NCBI GenBank assembly: GCA_965645245.1
Contig: OZ287085.1
Coordinates: forward strand, 434,001-498,000
DNA length: 64,000 bases
Direction: 5' to 3'
Source: Massalongia carnosa
Lineage: Eukaryota
Within the stretch, counting starts at the first letter, position 1; each line of letters starts with the position of its first letter. Under the pieces are notes generated by a model. That model saw only the letters and a program-made list of their open reading frames with translations, did not search any database and had not been told where the DNA came from. A program made the translations under genes and the position numbers. Shown in pieces: positions 34,501 to 47,955 of this stretch.

Positions 34501-37479
34501 AATATGCCGTGCAAAAGACGTCCAGATATTCTCCAACGGTAGCTATTGTTTATAAAGCTCTGAAAGGTTCCCGGAGCATTGCATAAACCGAAGGGCATTA
34601 CTAGATACTCGAATTGGCCGTATCTTGTATTAAACGCGGGGGTCCATTCATGACCCTCTTTTATTCTCATACGATTGAATGCGGAGATAACATCTAGCTT
34701 CGTGAAATTCTTGGCTTGTGAAAGCTTTCCGAGAGTCTCGTTGATTAATGGAATAGGATATGGATTTTTGATTGTAATCGAATTCAAGGCACGGTAGTCT
34801 ACGCAAAATCTCAGTCCCCCTCCAGGTTTTCTAACCAACAGGACCGGAACAGCTGCACTCGAGGAGCTCGGGCGGATGAAACCTTTTCCTAGATGTTCAT
34901 CGATATATTTCTTCACCACTTCCATTTCATGTTCGGACAAAGGTCTCTAATTTCTTACAAAAGGAGGTTTTTTTCCTTCTTCGAGGTTTATTTGATGATC
35001 CTCCTTTCGATGCTTGGGCAATTCGTCAGCTTTATGTTTCATCAAGACTTCTATCACGCTGTGATATGCCGCGGGAACTCTTTTCAATAGCTCCTCGCGA
35101 GTGTACTCGAGTTTTCCCTTCATGAACTTGTCGTAATCTCTTGATGTTACAGCCCCTGTGGTAGTCGCACAACAGGCTTTTGTCTTCTCTTGAGGAATCC
35201 ATAGATATCCTTCATGATCCTTCTTTTTAGCGCGAAAGAAATGCTTCGCGTTAACTGGGAGAGCTTCTATGTCCCCCTTTGGCTCAATCCTGTCTTTGAC
35301 CTTGCTACCTATGGCAAACTCGGTGCAAGTTATCCCCCATGTGAGACATCCTTTTCCTAAACAATCTAAGGAGTTGAACTTCATAGTTCGCTCTTTCCAG
35401 TTAATACTCGGGTTGTGGGTTTGTAGCCACCCATCCCCTAAAATAATTGATTACGTATCAAGTTTTGCTAAATAGCACCGAACTTGTTCTTCATGATCTC
35501 CGATCTTTATTTCGATCAAAGCAGCTTTGGTGAGAAGTTGGACTACTTCTCCGTTACCAAGAGTAAGTTTCACCTTCTTGTCCAGTTTGAAGGTGTTTAA
35601 TTTATGAATACGCGCAAAGGATTCGTCAGTGAGTTCGGCTTCACTTCCATTATCGACAAGTAAATTGGGTTTAATCCCAGCTATGCTAGTTTTTAATACT
35701 AAATGCTTGCCCTCGATTTTCTTTTCAGTATCGCGGAGAGCACAAGTAGAGACCCTAACACCTTTTATTTCAGCTTCACCGTTCTCATTAACAACATACC
35801 CCTCTGAGAATCCTTGATCGCGATTTTGATCAAGGACTAAACTTTCCCCGAGTTCGATTCAGAACTGGAATCGGTTTCTATTGTTTTCATGGCGTTGAGT
35901 TTCCTCTTTTCGTGCTGATAACATATTGGATCGCTTCCCCGATGTCCCGATCCCCTGCAAGCCCAGCATCTACCTAGAGCGGACAGGGTTTCCCGATCGT
36001 CGTTCTCCAGTTTCTTTAGATTCGGGTCTAGATCGTACCAAGCACCTGTCCAACCTGTTGATCTCACGATCGTCGGGGCGAGTTTAGTGCTCGGGCGATC
36101 CTCGGTTTTCTTGATTTGATGAGAGTGGGAGTATGAAGACTTTCCCTTAGTTGATTGTCCTCCCAAGAAGTTGCTCCCTTTGCCAGCGTTCTTTGACGAG
36201 ACTTATTTCTCGGGGCGAGGGAAGTGTTGGGCGACATCCTTTCGGCGATCCTCGATTCTCCGAGCCTCGTCCAATAGGGGATGGAATTCCATGAAGACCG
36301 AACCCATCAACGAGCTGGAGATGCTCGGTTTCAATGCCACGAGGAATTTCTCGATTCTCTCGTCGACAGGGGTCTTCACCTTTTGCCAGAGCTTAAAAAT
36401 GCGGTGATAGTACTCGCTCACGCTCTGGCCTCCTTTCATGGTAATGGCGATCAGTTCCTTCTTGGCATCTCGGCTTTGCAGATGAATCCCCATGTAATGT
36501 TCGATTTCCTCGAACAAGGCGTCGATAGTGAGGGAATCTCCCGTGTCGGCTACCCAAGAATGCATGGCTCCAAAGATCGGAGCCTCCATCTGTGACAACG
36601 CATATCCAACCTTCTCGCTCTCATCGGCATACAGTGGTGAGTCAGTTTTCAGTTTGTTTCGAATAGAATAAGCCCATGGGCTATATTGTTCAGGGTCCTC
36701 GCCTCTCAGGGGATTACTAGGTTTGATCCCCCGGGGACGCCAGTTCTGGGGATTCGATGCAGTGTTTTGGGTACCAACAGTATCTTTTCGTTGATAGCGG
36801 GGATTATTCTCCGCGGCTCTGCGAACGAGCGTTTCCTTCTCTTCTTGTAATCTATCTTTGGCTGATAGAGCCTGTTCCAACTCTATCTCCTTATGCGATA
36901 GTTCCTCTTGAGCTAGAAGAAGTTGATGTTCCCCTTCTTCTATTTCGGTTACAAAACACTCCGCTTGTTGCTTGTATCGCCTGTTTATTCTCTTTTCTGT
37001 GATGAGTTTCTCGTCGGCATCTCGAAGAGAGAGACAATTCTCATAAAGAGTTTTATCATATTCGATTGCCTTGGAAATGAAGTCGTACCAACAAGGACTC
37101 TCTCTGTCATCCGAGATCATATCTCGAAATTCTTCGAATTTGCGGACTCTATATCTCGTTGGTTGTCCCATTGCCTCTTTCTCATACTATGGATGCTCTG
37201 AGCTGTTTATCTCGCGAGACAACTCCCTATCCTTGCCCGATCCCGTCCTAGGGTTATCATTCGGTGCCCCTTCAATCGTCGGCATTGTTCGTTCGTCTGA
37301 AGAGAGTTCGGGGTCCTCGAACGCTCCTAGCATGCTATTGCTTGATCGGGCTCAGTGGCGGGATAAGGAACGTGCGCGGGTGTTAAAAGCTGGGCCAGTA
37401 TTGTTGTCCCCTCGAGGGGCTCCGGCTTTTCTGGCCGTCATGGGGGTTTTCGAACTCATGGTGGCGTTCTGGAACGGAG
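31502..37479 (-). mobile_element. Ty3/gypsy chromovirus family B copy 1; 3' LTR 31502-31715, 5' LTR missing
   Basis: LTR TGTAAGG...CCTGACA with G-rich PPT; fragmented gag (36203-37171, 35837-36166), protease (LLVDNGSEAE), RT, RH (ETDSSD), IN and chromodomain-like WEVLEVVDC..VQYKA. Confidence 0.93.
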
Positions 37480-37481
37480 TA

Positions 37482-37733
37482 TGAAATCATCGATTCACTT
37501 TGTAGGTATAATAGCATGATTGTCATTGAAGGTAATTATCTTGTCTGATTTATATAGCAGTCACAAAACAGTCACATCTAGGAGCCTAAACGGTCAGACC
37601 TTGTCCCCTAATATCTGCTTGTTTAGGCACCCTGAAGGTCAGACCTTGGCTCTCATATCTGCTTGTTTAGGCACTTTGGCAGGCACCTCCCGGGGCTCAT
37701 GATGGATGCCCATATTGATGGTGGCCTCATCAT
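37482..37733. mobile_element. LTR-like repeat family Z (homolog of 62720-63000, opposite orientation)
   Basis: ATTCACTTTGTAGGTAT..GCATGATTGTCATTGAAGG..GGTCAGACCTTG..GGTGGCCTCATCAT matches the reverse complement of 62720-63000. Confidence 0.8.
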
Positions 37734-37895
37734 TGTTACAGCGGTACTCAGTACTGCTAGCCAGCGGGCGCAATACATGAGCACGGTGACGTACCAGGCG
37801 CGGGGCACCTATATGTAGTGAGTGTCTCCATAGAACTACCATAGTAGCCTTTTGGCTCAGTGGCTTAGGTGACTTCACCCGTGCACCCTGCTACA
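37734..37895 (-). mobile_element. Family X LTR, reverse orientation, internal deletions, no matching TSD
   Basis: Reverse complement aligns with 28737-28922. Confidence 0.85.
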
Positions 37896-39399
37896 GTTTC
37901 GTCAGATTATCATGTAATATAATCAACAGCAGAGTACTGTTTCATCACATGAGTAGGATCATTTGCCTCCTACCGTGACAGTAAAGGTATTGAGCTTGAT
38001 TTATTGATCTAAGCTCTTGGTGATTGGAGAATGATTTACGTTTTAGATAGACTCTTGGAATTGACGCTTGCCTTGAAAGGAGGTTCCCCCATTCTCTCAG
38101 TTACTGGAATGTTCGGAGTCAGTTAATAGATTACCGCTTACTGCTTGACCGCTAAATTGGCTGACAAAAGGTTTTTCGGATATTGTGTTGAAGGAAGAAT
38201 TGATCACTTTAATGCCTGATACGAATATTTAAAAGGAATAGTAGTTCTATTTACTATCTGCAGAGATTTTACCCAAACTCTATAATGCACGTTCGGTTCA
38301 AACGAACGGGCAGTCATCAACTGCCTGCTCCTGGTCCAAACACCAACATTTTAATGGGCGCTTACGAACTAGCGTGTTGCAAATGAGGATGATAAAACTG
38401 ATGAAACGGGCAATCGATGTGAGGGATCGAAATCAGCTGTCAAAGCAATTTTCATTCACTATTAATCTACCGCGGCAAGAAAAGGCCTGTGACGGTGGCA
38501 AATTTGAATGAAGTCAGAAATCGCATCTGAAGAGGGAACCGATGAGATGGAAATGAAGGCTTCTGGAATTGCTGGTGAACGGGCATAACCGTTCGACCCA
38601 TTCGAACCGGTCGATTTTTTATGCCAATTTTAAACGTGTTTTTTAGACGTTTTAAATAAATAGGAGCAGTTTTCCCTAACTACGTAGTGGTAGAAAGTCA
38701 ATCGTTTCTTCCTGTTTGTTTTGCAAGTGCGAGAACTCCTTAATCGAACTAGTTACATCAATTGCCCAGTGCTACCATTTCGCCTGTTGCAGTCACAGTT
38801 CCAACAGAGGTTGCGTGAATTGTGCTTGGTTTTTTTTCATGTTTACTATTCATTTTATTACGGGGAATGTATTATTTCTGGAGATGTAGGTGCCGACATT
38901 GACTAGCTTGTCAGTCAATTTCAGGTGTTTGATCCCAGCAGACCATTGCTGCTTGGAGGAGGTCGCGTAGTCGGCGAAAACAAAGACTTGGGCCCATAGT
39001 CACCTATAAGCCTCTTTAGAAGAAACCCCAGGAAACCGTGGATATGCGTACAAGCTTTCCGCACTCTCATGGCCTCAATGAAAGCGGACATGGCATGCGC
39101 TGCCCAGCTTTTTGATGACACTGCCTGGTTGTCATCGTTTCATCTGCTGCTCACTTTATATGATGCTCGACTTTGATAAGCGGAAGGCAGGTTCATAATC
39201 ATCGATCCTAACACAGGCTTATATCAACAGCCGCTGCAGAGCATGCCTTGTACCTGCCATTTTCCACGGAGGATTAGGGCGCGTTCCTCAAGTTTTCCTT
39301 GCCTTCTGGCATCTGCTTTTTATTGATGCTGTTAAACTAGCAAGCTTCATTCCGTGTGCTCTTGGTTAGGTCTTTGCTTGCTATTCAGTTAAAGCAGAC

Positions 39400-40456
39400 A
39401 TGCTGGCAGCTGTTCGGCTTTTGGTTCTCTCTGTCTGGATCGGCCTCGTACCCGCATGTTGTGGATATGTCCAGTGGATTTACCCAGGTGATGGGGTCAA
39501 CAACTTAACATTCAATTACATCGATATCGTCTATTTTACATGGGCTTCCAGCGTCGACAAGCCATGCATGATCCTTTGGTGTGCTCCCACTCCAACTGAG
39601 CCCCAATCCAAGGGCTATAGTAAGTCTTGTGCACCGGATTACGCGGCTTACAAGAATTTAAACAGACCACAAAATGGAGGACTGAAAAAATGCGATGAAA
39701 GCTTACACTGTATAATACGCAATAGTATACTACGAGCAAGTGCCAACCAACGGCTCCAACCCTCGATCCTTCCCGTACAGCGACTACAAGCAAAATGGTG
39801 TGTGCCACATGCAAGTCGAAAGCTCCTCGGGGGTCCACGACTCTGCCAATACGAGCCCCTTCTATATTACATCCAACGACAGCGTTGGACCAACGACCTG
39901 GGGCATTGCTGCCCTGGGTGAGGCCGGCGGAAGCCCCGAACCCAGCCATATACAAGCATTACCCGCCATTCCCTTAAAGTTCATTCACGCATTAACTTCT
40001 GTATCCTCGTCATCGGCGTCTGCTGCATCATCAGCAACATCATCCTCTTCGCTGTCCTCCTCATCCTCATTAGTGTCCACCATCACAACATAACCACCGC
40101 CTTTCCGACCCACCGCCTCCTCCACTAGTAACGACAAAATAACCCTTACCCCAGCCGTCAAAGCCGGCATAAGTATTGGCAGTACTTTCACCTTTTTTGT
40201 CTTCGTCCTTATCCTCCTTTTAGCTCGGCCTTTGTGGTTGCGGCAACGGCGGCAGCCTGCGAAACCTCAAAAAGACGAGTACTACGGTGGAAGTTCCGGT
40301 GGCCCTCAAGACCCACGATACAAAAACAATCGAGTGGCGGCGATTGGGAAAGAAAACGTTAGCAGGTATGAGGTCGAGGGTGAGGGCATGCCGAATGAAC
40401 TGCAGGGCAGGCCAAGGGCGGAGTTATTTGGTGAGACGGGTGCTTTGGAGGAATAA
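39400..40456 (+). pseudogene. Signal-peptide, Ser/Thr-rich, single-pass membrane protein gene with one premature TAA (40091-40093)
   Basis: Signal peptide MLAAVRLLVLSVWIGLVPACCG; intron 39620-39725 (GTAAGT..TAG) joins in frame to YYEQVPTNGSN; Ser-rich tract; beyond the stop, in frame, AVKAGISIGSTFTFFVFVLILLL (TM), RQRRQ and tail YEVEG..NELQG..AELFG. Confidence 0.8.
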
Positions 40457-40754
40457 TACTCTGAGGCTTTTTGCCCTGATGATCAGTTGAGATGATTTAC
40501 GTCTTGACCAGATGAGGTGAAATGAATGGCATTGATCTATAGATGATTTTCTAGCTAGGTATGCCGCCAGGGGATAGATCAAGAGATGTCTCCGAAGGAA
40601 GAAAGAATGTGGGGGATGAAGAATTTTTACCTGTGCCGCGGTGGCAATGTCATGTGACGGGCATGTGACGGGCCCGTTGACCAATGTTGGTTAATGCCAG
40701 TATAACTGACATTTGACACACCCCCTTGATGAAGATCATCTGCAATGATCTTTA

Positions 40755-43700
40755 TCATCCTTCTTTTATATCTTCATGATCTTGCCCTTTCAGGCCTAGT
40801 AATTTGACAAATGACGCATGCCTTTGAGGCGGCAATGCATTCGTCAATCCATCTGCCAGAATTGTGGCGGTGGGCACCCATTGAATTTTGATTCGATCCT
40901 TTGCAATTTCTTGGCGGAGCCAATGGTTATGGATGTCGACATGGCGAAGCTTGGTCACCAGTTTATTTTCCGTCAGTGCCCTGATTGTCTGCCGATTGTC
41001 GCATTGAATGTTTGGCATCATCTGCAAATCTAGATTTATCTCTTGAAAAAGACGCGTCCACCAGATGAGCTCCTTTCCTGCCGATGAGATGGCGAGCAAT
41101 TCCGCTTCCGTACTGCTAGTGGTGACCGTCTTCTGCTTTGACGCCTTCCAATCTATCATTCCACTAAATAGCTTGAATCCGTATCCCTGGGAGCTATATC
41201 TGGTCGCGGGGTCATCGGCAAATGAGGCGTCGCTGCTTGCTAAAAAGATGGTTTGGTCAGAAGAAGAATGGTCAGAGTTTCCGAAAAAAGCAGAAGAGTT
41301 AAACCAAATGGTCAATGTTTTGGAATGCCCTAAATATTTCAGGGTCCGAATGGCAGCTTCTGAATGGCATTTAGATGGGTTGGTTAGAAATTCCGACAGT
41401 TTGGAAGCTGCAAATGCGACGTCCGGGCGGGTTATTACTGCGGCGAAATTGATGGATCCAACTATTTGCTGGTAGGCATGGATTTCCTGATTTGTTGCCT
41501 GACCAGAATTTCTGACCAATTGCATTCCTGATCCGTATGGTAAAGGTGTCGCCGGTTCCTTATTTTCTAGATTAATGCTGACATTGAATTTTGAAATTAT
41601 CTTTTCAATGTAGGACTGCTGAGACAGCCATAAAAGTCCGTTTTCGCGTTTCCTAGAGATCTGAATTCCTAGGAACCATTCTAATTCTCCTAAATGTCGC
41701 ATTTCAAAACGGTCAAATAGCTGCGTCTGAAAAACGTCAGCTTGATTGGTCCAACGACGATCGTATAGAAGAACGATGTCATCTACGAAGAAGAAAAGAA
41801 GCAAATGCTTGTCCCGACTGATGAAGAGACAATCTGCTCCTGGTATCGGCTCAAAATTCATTCCGATTAGTGCTTCCGATAAAAGACGATACCATAAGGC
41901 TGGAGATTGTTTTAGTCCATACAGAGCCCTTTGTAGAAGCAGCAAAATGCCGCTATCTTTTGGCCATCCCTCAGGTGGCTTACAATAGATGGGCTCATCT
42001 ATAGGACTATTGGCAAATGCATTTATGGCGTCATACTTGTTAAATAAACAGTTGACGGCATAATGTTGAAATTACTACGGAGGTGACTGCTTATAGCAGT
42101 CATGGCAGCCTGCAGGGCTGAGCTAGAACTAATGGGGGTAAGCGAGTATTCCAACACTCCCCTTCGAGCGTGGCTCCCCTTTCGCCTCCAAAATTGAAAC
42201 TATCCAGCTTTTATCACTCCCCTTGCGAAGTGATTCATCCAGCTGTGTCCGATTCGCTCCCCTTGCGGAACGAATCTAGCTCCCTCTGACTCCATTTTCC
42301 CTAAGCACGTAGTTCTTTCTTATGTCTTTTGTTGTCCTGCTTTGTAGCCTCATTAAACCCATAACCATCTCTCGAAACGTAGCTTTTGTGAGTGTATGGG
42401 TGGATGGGAAGAGTACTATGGACGTGTTTTGTTGATGGCCTGAGCAGGGCTTTTCTCGATGTCTCTGTTAGACATTTTCCCGCAGACCATTGACGTTGGT
42501 GGCCTGATCGCAGGGCTTTTATCTCCCCTTGCTGATCTGACCAGTAATGCAAGATGTGAAGTCTTCGAGGCACCGCCCGTTGTAGATGTCCTCCTCAGCA
42601 CGTTTCGTACGTACACCACTTTCGATGACGTTTCCGCTTCGTTTCCGCTTCGTTTCTCATCCCTTTCGATGTCGTTTCCACTTCGTTTTCGCGCTTTCCA
42701 CGTCTGAACTTTCACCTCATCATCTTCTTGATACGACATGATAGTACGTAGTCTATGCATGAAGGATGCCGTCGGAGGGGCGCAAAGCACAAACCCGGGA
42801 CTCATAACCTGTTAAATAAACAGTTGACGGCATAATGTTGAAATTACTACGGAGGTGACTGCTTATAGCAGTCATGGCAGCCTGCAGGGCTGAGCTAGAA
42901 CTAATGGGGCTAAGCGAGTATTCCAACAATACTGTCGTGTCTCCAAATCGAATGTTGCTACAATTGCCAGTAATGCTCGGAAAATGCGAGCTGCCAAAGT
43001 GGCGGCGTAGGTGTCTTGGTCAGTCTTCTGAAAATCACCCCTAGCCACTAAGCGAGCTTTGTATTTGGTCAAATATCCCTCTTCGTCGAATTTATATTTG
43101 AAAATCCACATAGTAGGAATGATGACATTATCTTTCGAAATAACCTCCTTTGTAGGAATTTCCTTCCAAGTGCCCTTTGCTTCCAAAGCTTTTATTTCCG
43201 TTTTGATTGCTTCCTGAAATCCGGCGGAATGAGAATGTTTCAACATTTGACCGAAATGCTTTGGTTCCGCAGGTAGGGAATCTCTATGTAGGCGATGCTG
43301 AGAAAATTTAGTAAAGAATGATGATTTTGCAAATGCTGCAAATGAGGAATGAAAGGAGATAACTTCTCCATTTTCGGCATCTTTCAAGGCAGCGAAATAA
43401 GCCTGTTTTCTGCCTTTTCTTTCCCGTCTCACCCCCTCAGGCAAGATATTTGCCTGGTCCAATTCTAGACCAATCACTTTCTTCTCTTTTTGAGATGGTT
43501 TAGGGTCAGGTGGCGGGGTTGCTTCAGATAGTAAGGGAGATGGCAAATATTCGAATGTTTTGCCTTTTGCTGAGTCATGTGATGCGGAGTCATTTGCGGA
43601 GTCATTTGGGGAATTGCCAGATGCTGGCATTTGCCCTTTTTCTATAGATTGCTGGTTTTGCTCCGCATGCAGATTTATCTCATCTTCTAAATCTGATTCC

Positions 43701-46259
43701 ACCTCGGTAATTCGCGCCAAATCAGTAAGAAGATTCGGAATTTCAAACGTCTCTGGTAATGGCAGCATTGGCTCGGAAATTGCCTGCATGACATCTATGT
43801 CATGAGGATCGTATCTAGTGCTGTCATCGAAAATAACGTCTCTAGTCCGAATTACCTTCCGCTGAGATGGTATCCAAATGCGAAAAATGTTGCGAGCATC
43901 ATAACCAACCAAATGTCCGATGTGAGCTCTTTCTTTCAACTTTTCCTTCTTCGAAATTTGCTTATTTAAGGCATAAGCTTTGCAGCCATAAACATGTAAA
44001 TGTGCTAAGTTTGGACGGGTCTTGTGGACCATCTGGTATGGCGTTTTCCATTGATGTTTTCCCATAGGAGTCCGATTTGCTATATAGCCGGCAGTCCGAA
44101 AAATTTCCGGCCAAAGAAATGTAGGAAGATTTGCATCCATCCGCATAGCACGTGCTTTTAGGGTCAAAATTCCCCCTTTTCTTTCTGAGTGCCCATTCTG
44201 CTCCGGCGAATGAGGTGCAGATGGTTCGTAAGTAATCCCCTTTTCTATAAGTAATTCTCGAAATCACCTCCCAAAGATTTCTCGCCGTCAGTCCGAAAGA
44301 AGACTACTTTTCCATTGAATCTAGTCTCGATCAAATTAAGTGCCTCTTTTACTATCCGCGTCGCATCTGATTTCTTTGGATGAGTAAAAACCATGTTAAA
44401 ATCGGTCCAATGGCAGGCGAAATGAGAGACCCATTCATCTTTGTTATAGGCAGGGTTCAATGGGATTAAGTCGTATGTGATTCGATGAAAAGGTAGGGCT
44501 GCCGTTTCGGCATTTTCCGCTGACCTAGAGATGATTCGGTGCATTTTTGAAAGTGCGCATGTTTCGCACTCATTGGTTTTGGGAATTGTAGGGGCAGCTG
44601 CTGAATCAGCAATCTTCACCCCCTCAGCTGATGCCTGTAAATGCTGAATGGCGTCATTTGACGCATGTGCCAACATCTGATGCCATTGATAGGAAGATGC
44701 AGATTTGGCATTTTCTTTCTCTTTAGCTGCAGCGGAATTTTGCCCTGTTGCAAATGACTGATTGAACACCCCCTCAGTGTTGTCTTCCAGTAAGAAGTGC
44801 CCATTTAGTGGTTTAACCCATGCGACAGTCTTTCCTTCCCTATGCAGGTGCATTTTCCAATCGTTAAAGTGTACCCCTTTTACATTGAATAAATGCTGAG
44901 CGACGACATTTGTCATGAATCTAGGGACGTAGGCGACGTCGACTAATGTAATTATCCATGGTCCAGATGGGGCAGGAATGTTGATTCTGATGGTTCCGTA
45001 GAATTCAATTTTTAGGTAGTTGGCACCGGCTACCAAATAGTCATCTTTTGATGCATCTCGCGTCTTCACTATACGCGATTTCATGGTCTCATTGCAAATG
45101 TGCCGATTGGATCCATTATCTAGAATCCATGACCCCTTGATGACTAAGCTATTTGCCGCTGAAAAGGAAGTGCTGCAAAAAGCTGCAAAGGTGGCGTTTC
45201 CACCCTCCGGTATCGTGTTATTTTTCTGCCCTTTCTGATCCTGATTCTTTTGCCCCTGATTATTCTGACTAGTCCTAGCCTTTTCTTTGCAGGTTTGTAT
45301 GGATTTTTCCACCTTCTCCCGGAATGCCTTATCCTTCATAGCGTCATCGATTCGGGATTGGATTTCGGGACTCGTTTTGAAATTGTGCGGTCGGCGGGGA
45401 TGGTCAGGCACTAGGTGCCAGCAATGACCGAGGGCATGATCTTTGCCGCAAATGCAAGGTGGTCTAGCTGGTCGCTGACCATTGAATGTAGGTCCCTGAT
45501 TAGATGAGGAAGACTGGTTGGAATTAGCAGAAAAGGCGGAATGGGACTCCCTTTTTTCAGCTTTTTGATACCGGACGAATTGTCAGAATTCTTCCAGCAA
45601 TTTATAGAAGTCCATGTCCGGCTCCCTATTTAGATTGATCAGCATGGTATCGGCAAAGTTAGTCTCCTTTTCCCGAACGGCCATGAGAAAGTGTCGATGA
45701 GCTCGTTGCCCCTCTGCCTCAAAAAGCTTATTATTGATGGCGTCAGTGTATGTCCTCTGCCACTGCTCGATGTATGTCTCCAAATTTTGATTTCCTGGTC
45801 CTTTTTGAGCTTCTCGTATTTGGTCTCAATGTCCCGAATTTGGGCGGCATCAGATGGAGCAATTCTTTGCTTCAGTGCCGTCAGTATTTTCCATGGATGT
45901 CCTCTTTTTTGGTTTATGTCTTCCAAATAAACGCCGTATTCGGTTGACAGACTTTCTAGAATGTTGGATGTCAGCTCAGTTAGTGCTGCTTTTCGAACTT
46001 TGTATTCGTCCAATTTTAATCTGTATAGCTGAGTTTTCAGTTGAAGCATTTGATACTTTCCTGCCTCAACTTCATCATCATCATTTTCCGAGATTGGAAA
46101 ATTTGGTATCTCTGGCCGTTTTAACGACTCCTTAAATGGCTCATTCGGGTTAACCTCATCCCAAATTTCTAGACTTTCTGCCTTTATCTGGATGAAGGAA
46201 AACCATGTTCTCCAGTCGGCCGATTTTGCCAAGACGATTTTTCTGGGCGATGCCGACAT
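40755..46259 (-). pseudogene. Copia gag-pol with several frameshifts and a TRIM insertion in RT
   Basis: ORFs 45639-46259, 45583-45783, 44245-45411, 42872-44167 and 40755-41945. Confidence 0.93.
42038..42928 (-). mobile_element. TRIM (miniature non-autonomous LTR retrotransposon), 891 bp
   Basis: 119-bp LTRs 42038-42156 and 42810-42928 differing at one base; TSD ATACT; PBS GGTTATGAG; PPT GAAGGGGAG; no RT or IN in the 653-bp interior. Confidence 0.93.
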
Positions 46260-47862
46260 TGCTGATATTGTATTTCGAAAAAGGGCTGATTTCGAAAAAT
46301 GCTGAAGGTGCCAAGTGATGGCTTCTGAATAAGTGCCAAAAGGTGGCTTTTTTAAAGATTCAAGAAGTGGTCAAGACGATGGAAGCGAGAATCCGGGCTC
46401 ATAACTCTGAGGCTTTTGCCCTGATGATCAGTTGAGATGATTTACGTCTTGACCAGATGAGGTGAAATGAATGGCATTGATCTATAGATGATTTTCTAGC
46501 TAGGTATGCCGCCAGGGGATAGATCAAGAGATGTCTCCGAAGGAAGAAAGAATGTGGGGGATGAAGAATTTTTACCTGTGCCGCGGTGACAATGTCATGT
46601 GACGGGCATGTGACGGGCCCGTTGACCAATGTTGGTTAATGCCAGTATAGCTGACATTTGACAAATACTCATGTTGATCATGATGTTGATGAATGGCGGA
46701 TGGAGAAGCCTTGCTAAACCGAATATATTGATGAAAATAAAAGTGAATGAAAAAGGGCTTCTTGGGGAAGCTTGTGATGTTAGTGAGACCTACCAATTAT
46801 CCGATTGAGAAACGATTCGGGACTGGGACGTGGAAACGAGACACGTTTCTTGGAGGAGAGAAGGGCGGGAACATTCAGGTTCCAGTCAACAACGTCGTGC
46901 CATTCTCGCGTATGGACAGTGAAGTCTTCTTTCGTACGTTACCTGCGGTATCTATTCCATCTCAACTGCAACCTCCGCCTCCTCCTCCTTCTCCTCTCTC
47001 TGTGATGGAAGTGCGGAGAACTTGTCTCCTAACTCTTGCCTGTCAGAGTTGCATGAGCTCTTTCATGTCTCACGCGCTCAGCGGTGTGTCCGGTCCACTA
47101 TATCGTCCCTGCCGGCAAGAAAGCTCGCATGATACATCTATCATCACCTCCCCGAACCCTTTGCATTTTCAAGGCGAGAAAACATATTTGCGAATGAGGT
47201 CATTGTTGTCTCAAAATATTTTTCCAGAATGATTTTCTCATGAAGAACATGCACTTGCTGTACACTGGAGTGCTGATTATGGACCTGCGGGGAGGGCGTT
47301 CAGTAATTGCCTCAAAACATTCAAATCTATCGACATCTTAAGGTGTTCTCGTTCAAATTTACGAGGACGGTAGAAATAAGTAAATGGCTAAAAGGAAGTA
47401 TAAGCAAGCAGCAAGGGAATGTCAGAAGTTAAGTATGTATCGTCCTACGTTTTTAGGAAAATCTAAATAATTTTAGTAGTATCTGTAAAGTGTCCAATGA
47501 CACACAACCGTTCATTTGAGTGACTCCGCCACATTGCTCCCGAAAACGTTTCAGTCTATTTACACCCTCGCTGCTCCTTCTTCCTTCCCCCCACTTTCTT
47601 GCTACCTCACTCAGTCATGCTGCATTTCACGGGCAGAGACAGCAATCCCTAGTCCTAATTCATGATATTAGGTAAGATATATAGTAAATCGAAGTGACCT
47701 GCCTGATGCGGTATAGCCCCACTAAATGGGGGAAGAGTCTCCTTGCCGCTTCGTCGCGACTGTACCTTGTGATATTTAAATCCGCCCATATCCTCTCGCT
47801 GATTTTTCTCGACCTCTTGCTTTCGTTGACTGCCTGGTTATGTTCAGGCTTTTCCTCGATCA

Positions 47863-47955
47863 TTTAAATGAACAGTTGACGGCATAATACTACGGAGGTG
47901 ACTGCTTATAGGCAGCCTGCAGGGCTGAGCTAGAACTAATGGGGCTAAGCGAACA
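47863..47955 (-). mobile_element. Internally deleted solo LTR of the TRIM family
   Basis: TSD GATCA at 47858-47862 and 47956-47960; collinear with the 119-bp LTR apart from short deletions. Confidence 0.88.

Larger units (their letters stand above)
40460..46663 (-). mobile_element. Full-length Ty1/copia retrotransposon with a nested TRIM
   Basis: LTRs 40460-40718 and 46406-46663 (3 differences seen); TSD AATAC; PBS GTTATGAGCCC; order gag, PR (WILDNGSNRHIC), IN (WHQMLAH, CETC, RTDGE), RT (YKARLVARG, LYGLKQSP, FFVDD), RH (SSTEAE). Confidence 0.96.

Noticed and set aside
38230..38720. Possible MITE from GTTCG/CGAAC motifs
   Set aside because: No convincing terminal inverted repeat or TSD.
46747..47232. 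161-aa ORF
   Set aside because: No recognisable motif or consistent splice pattern; likely spurious.
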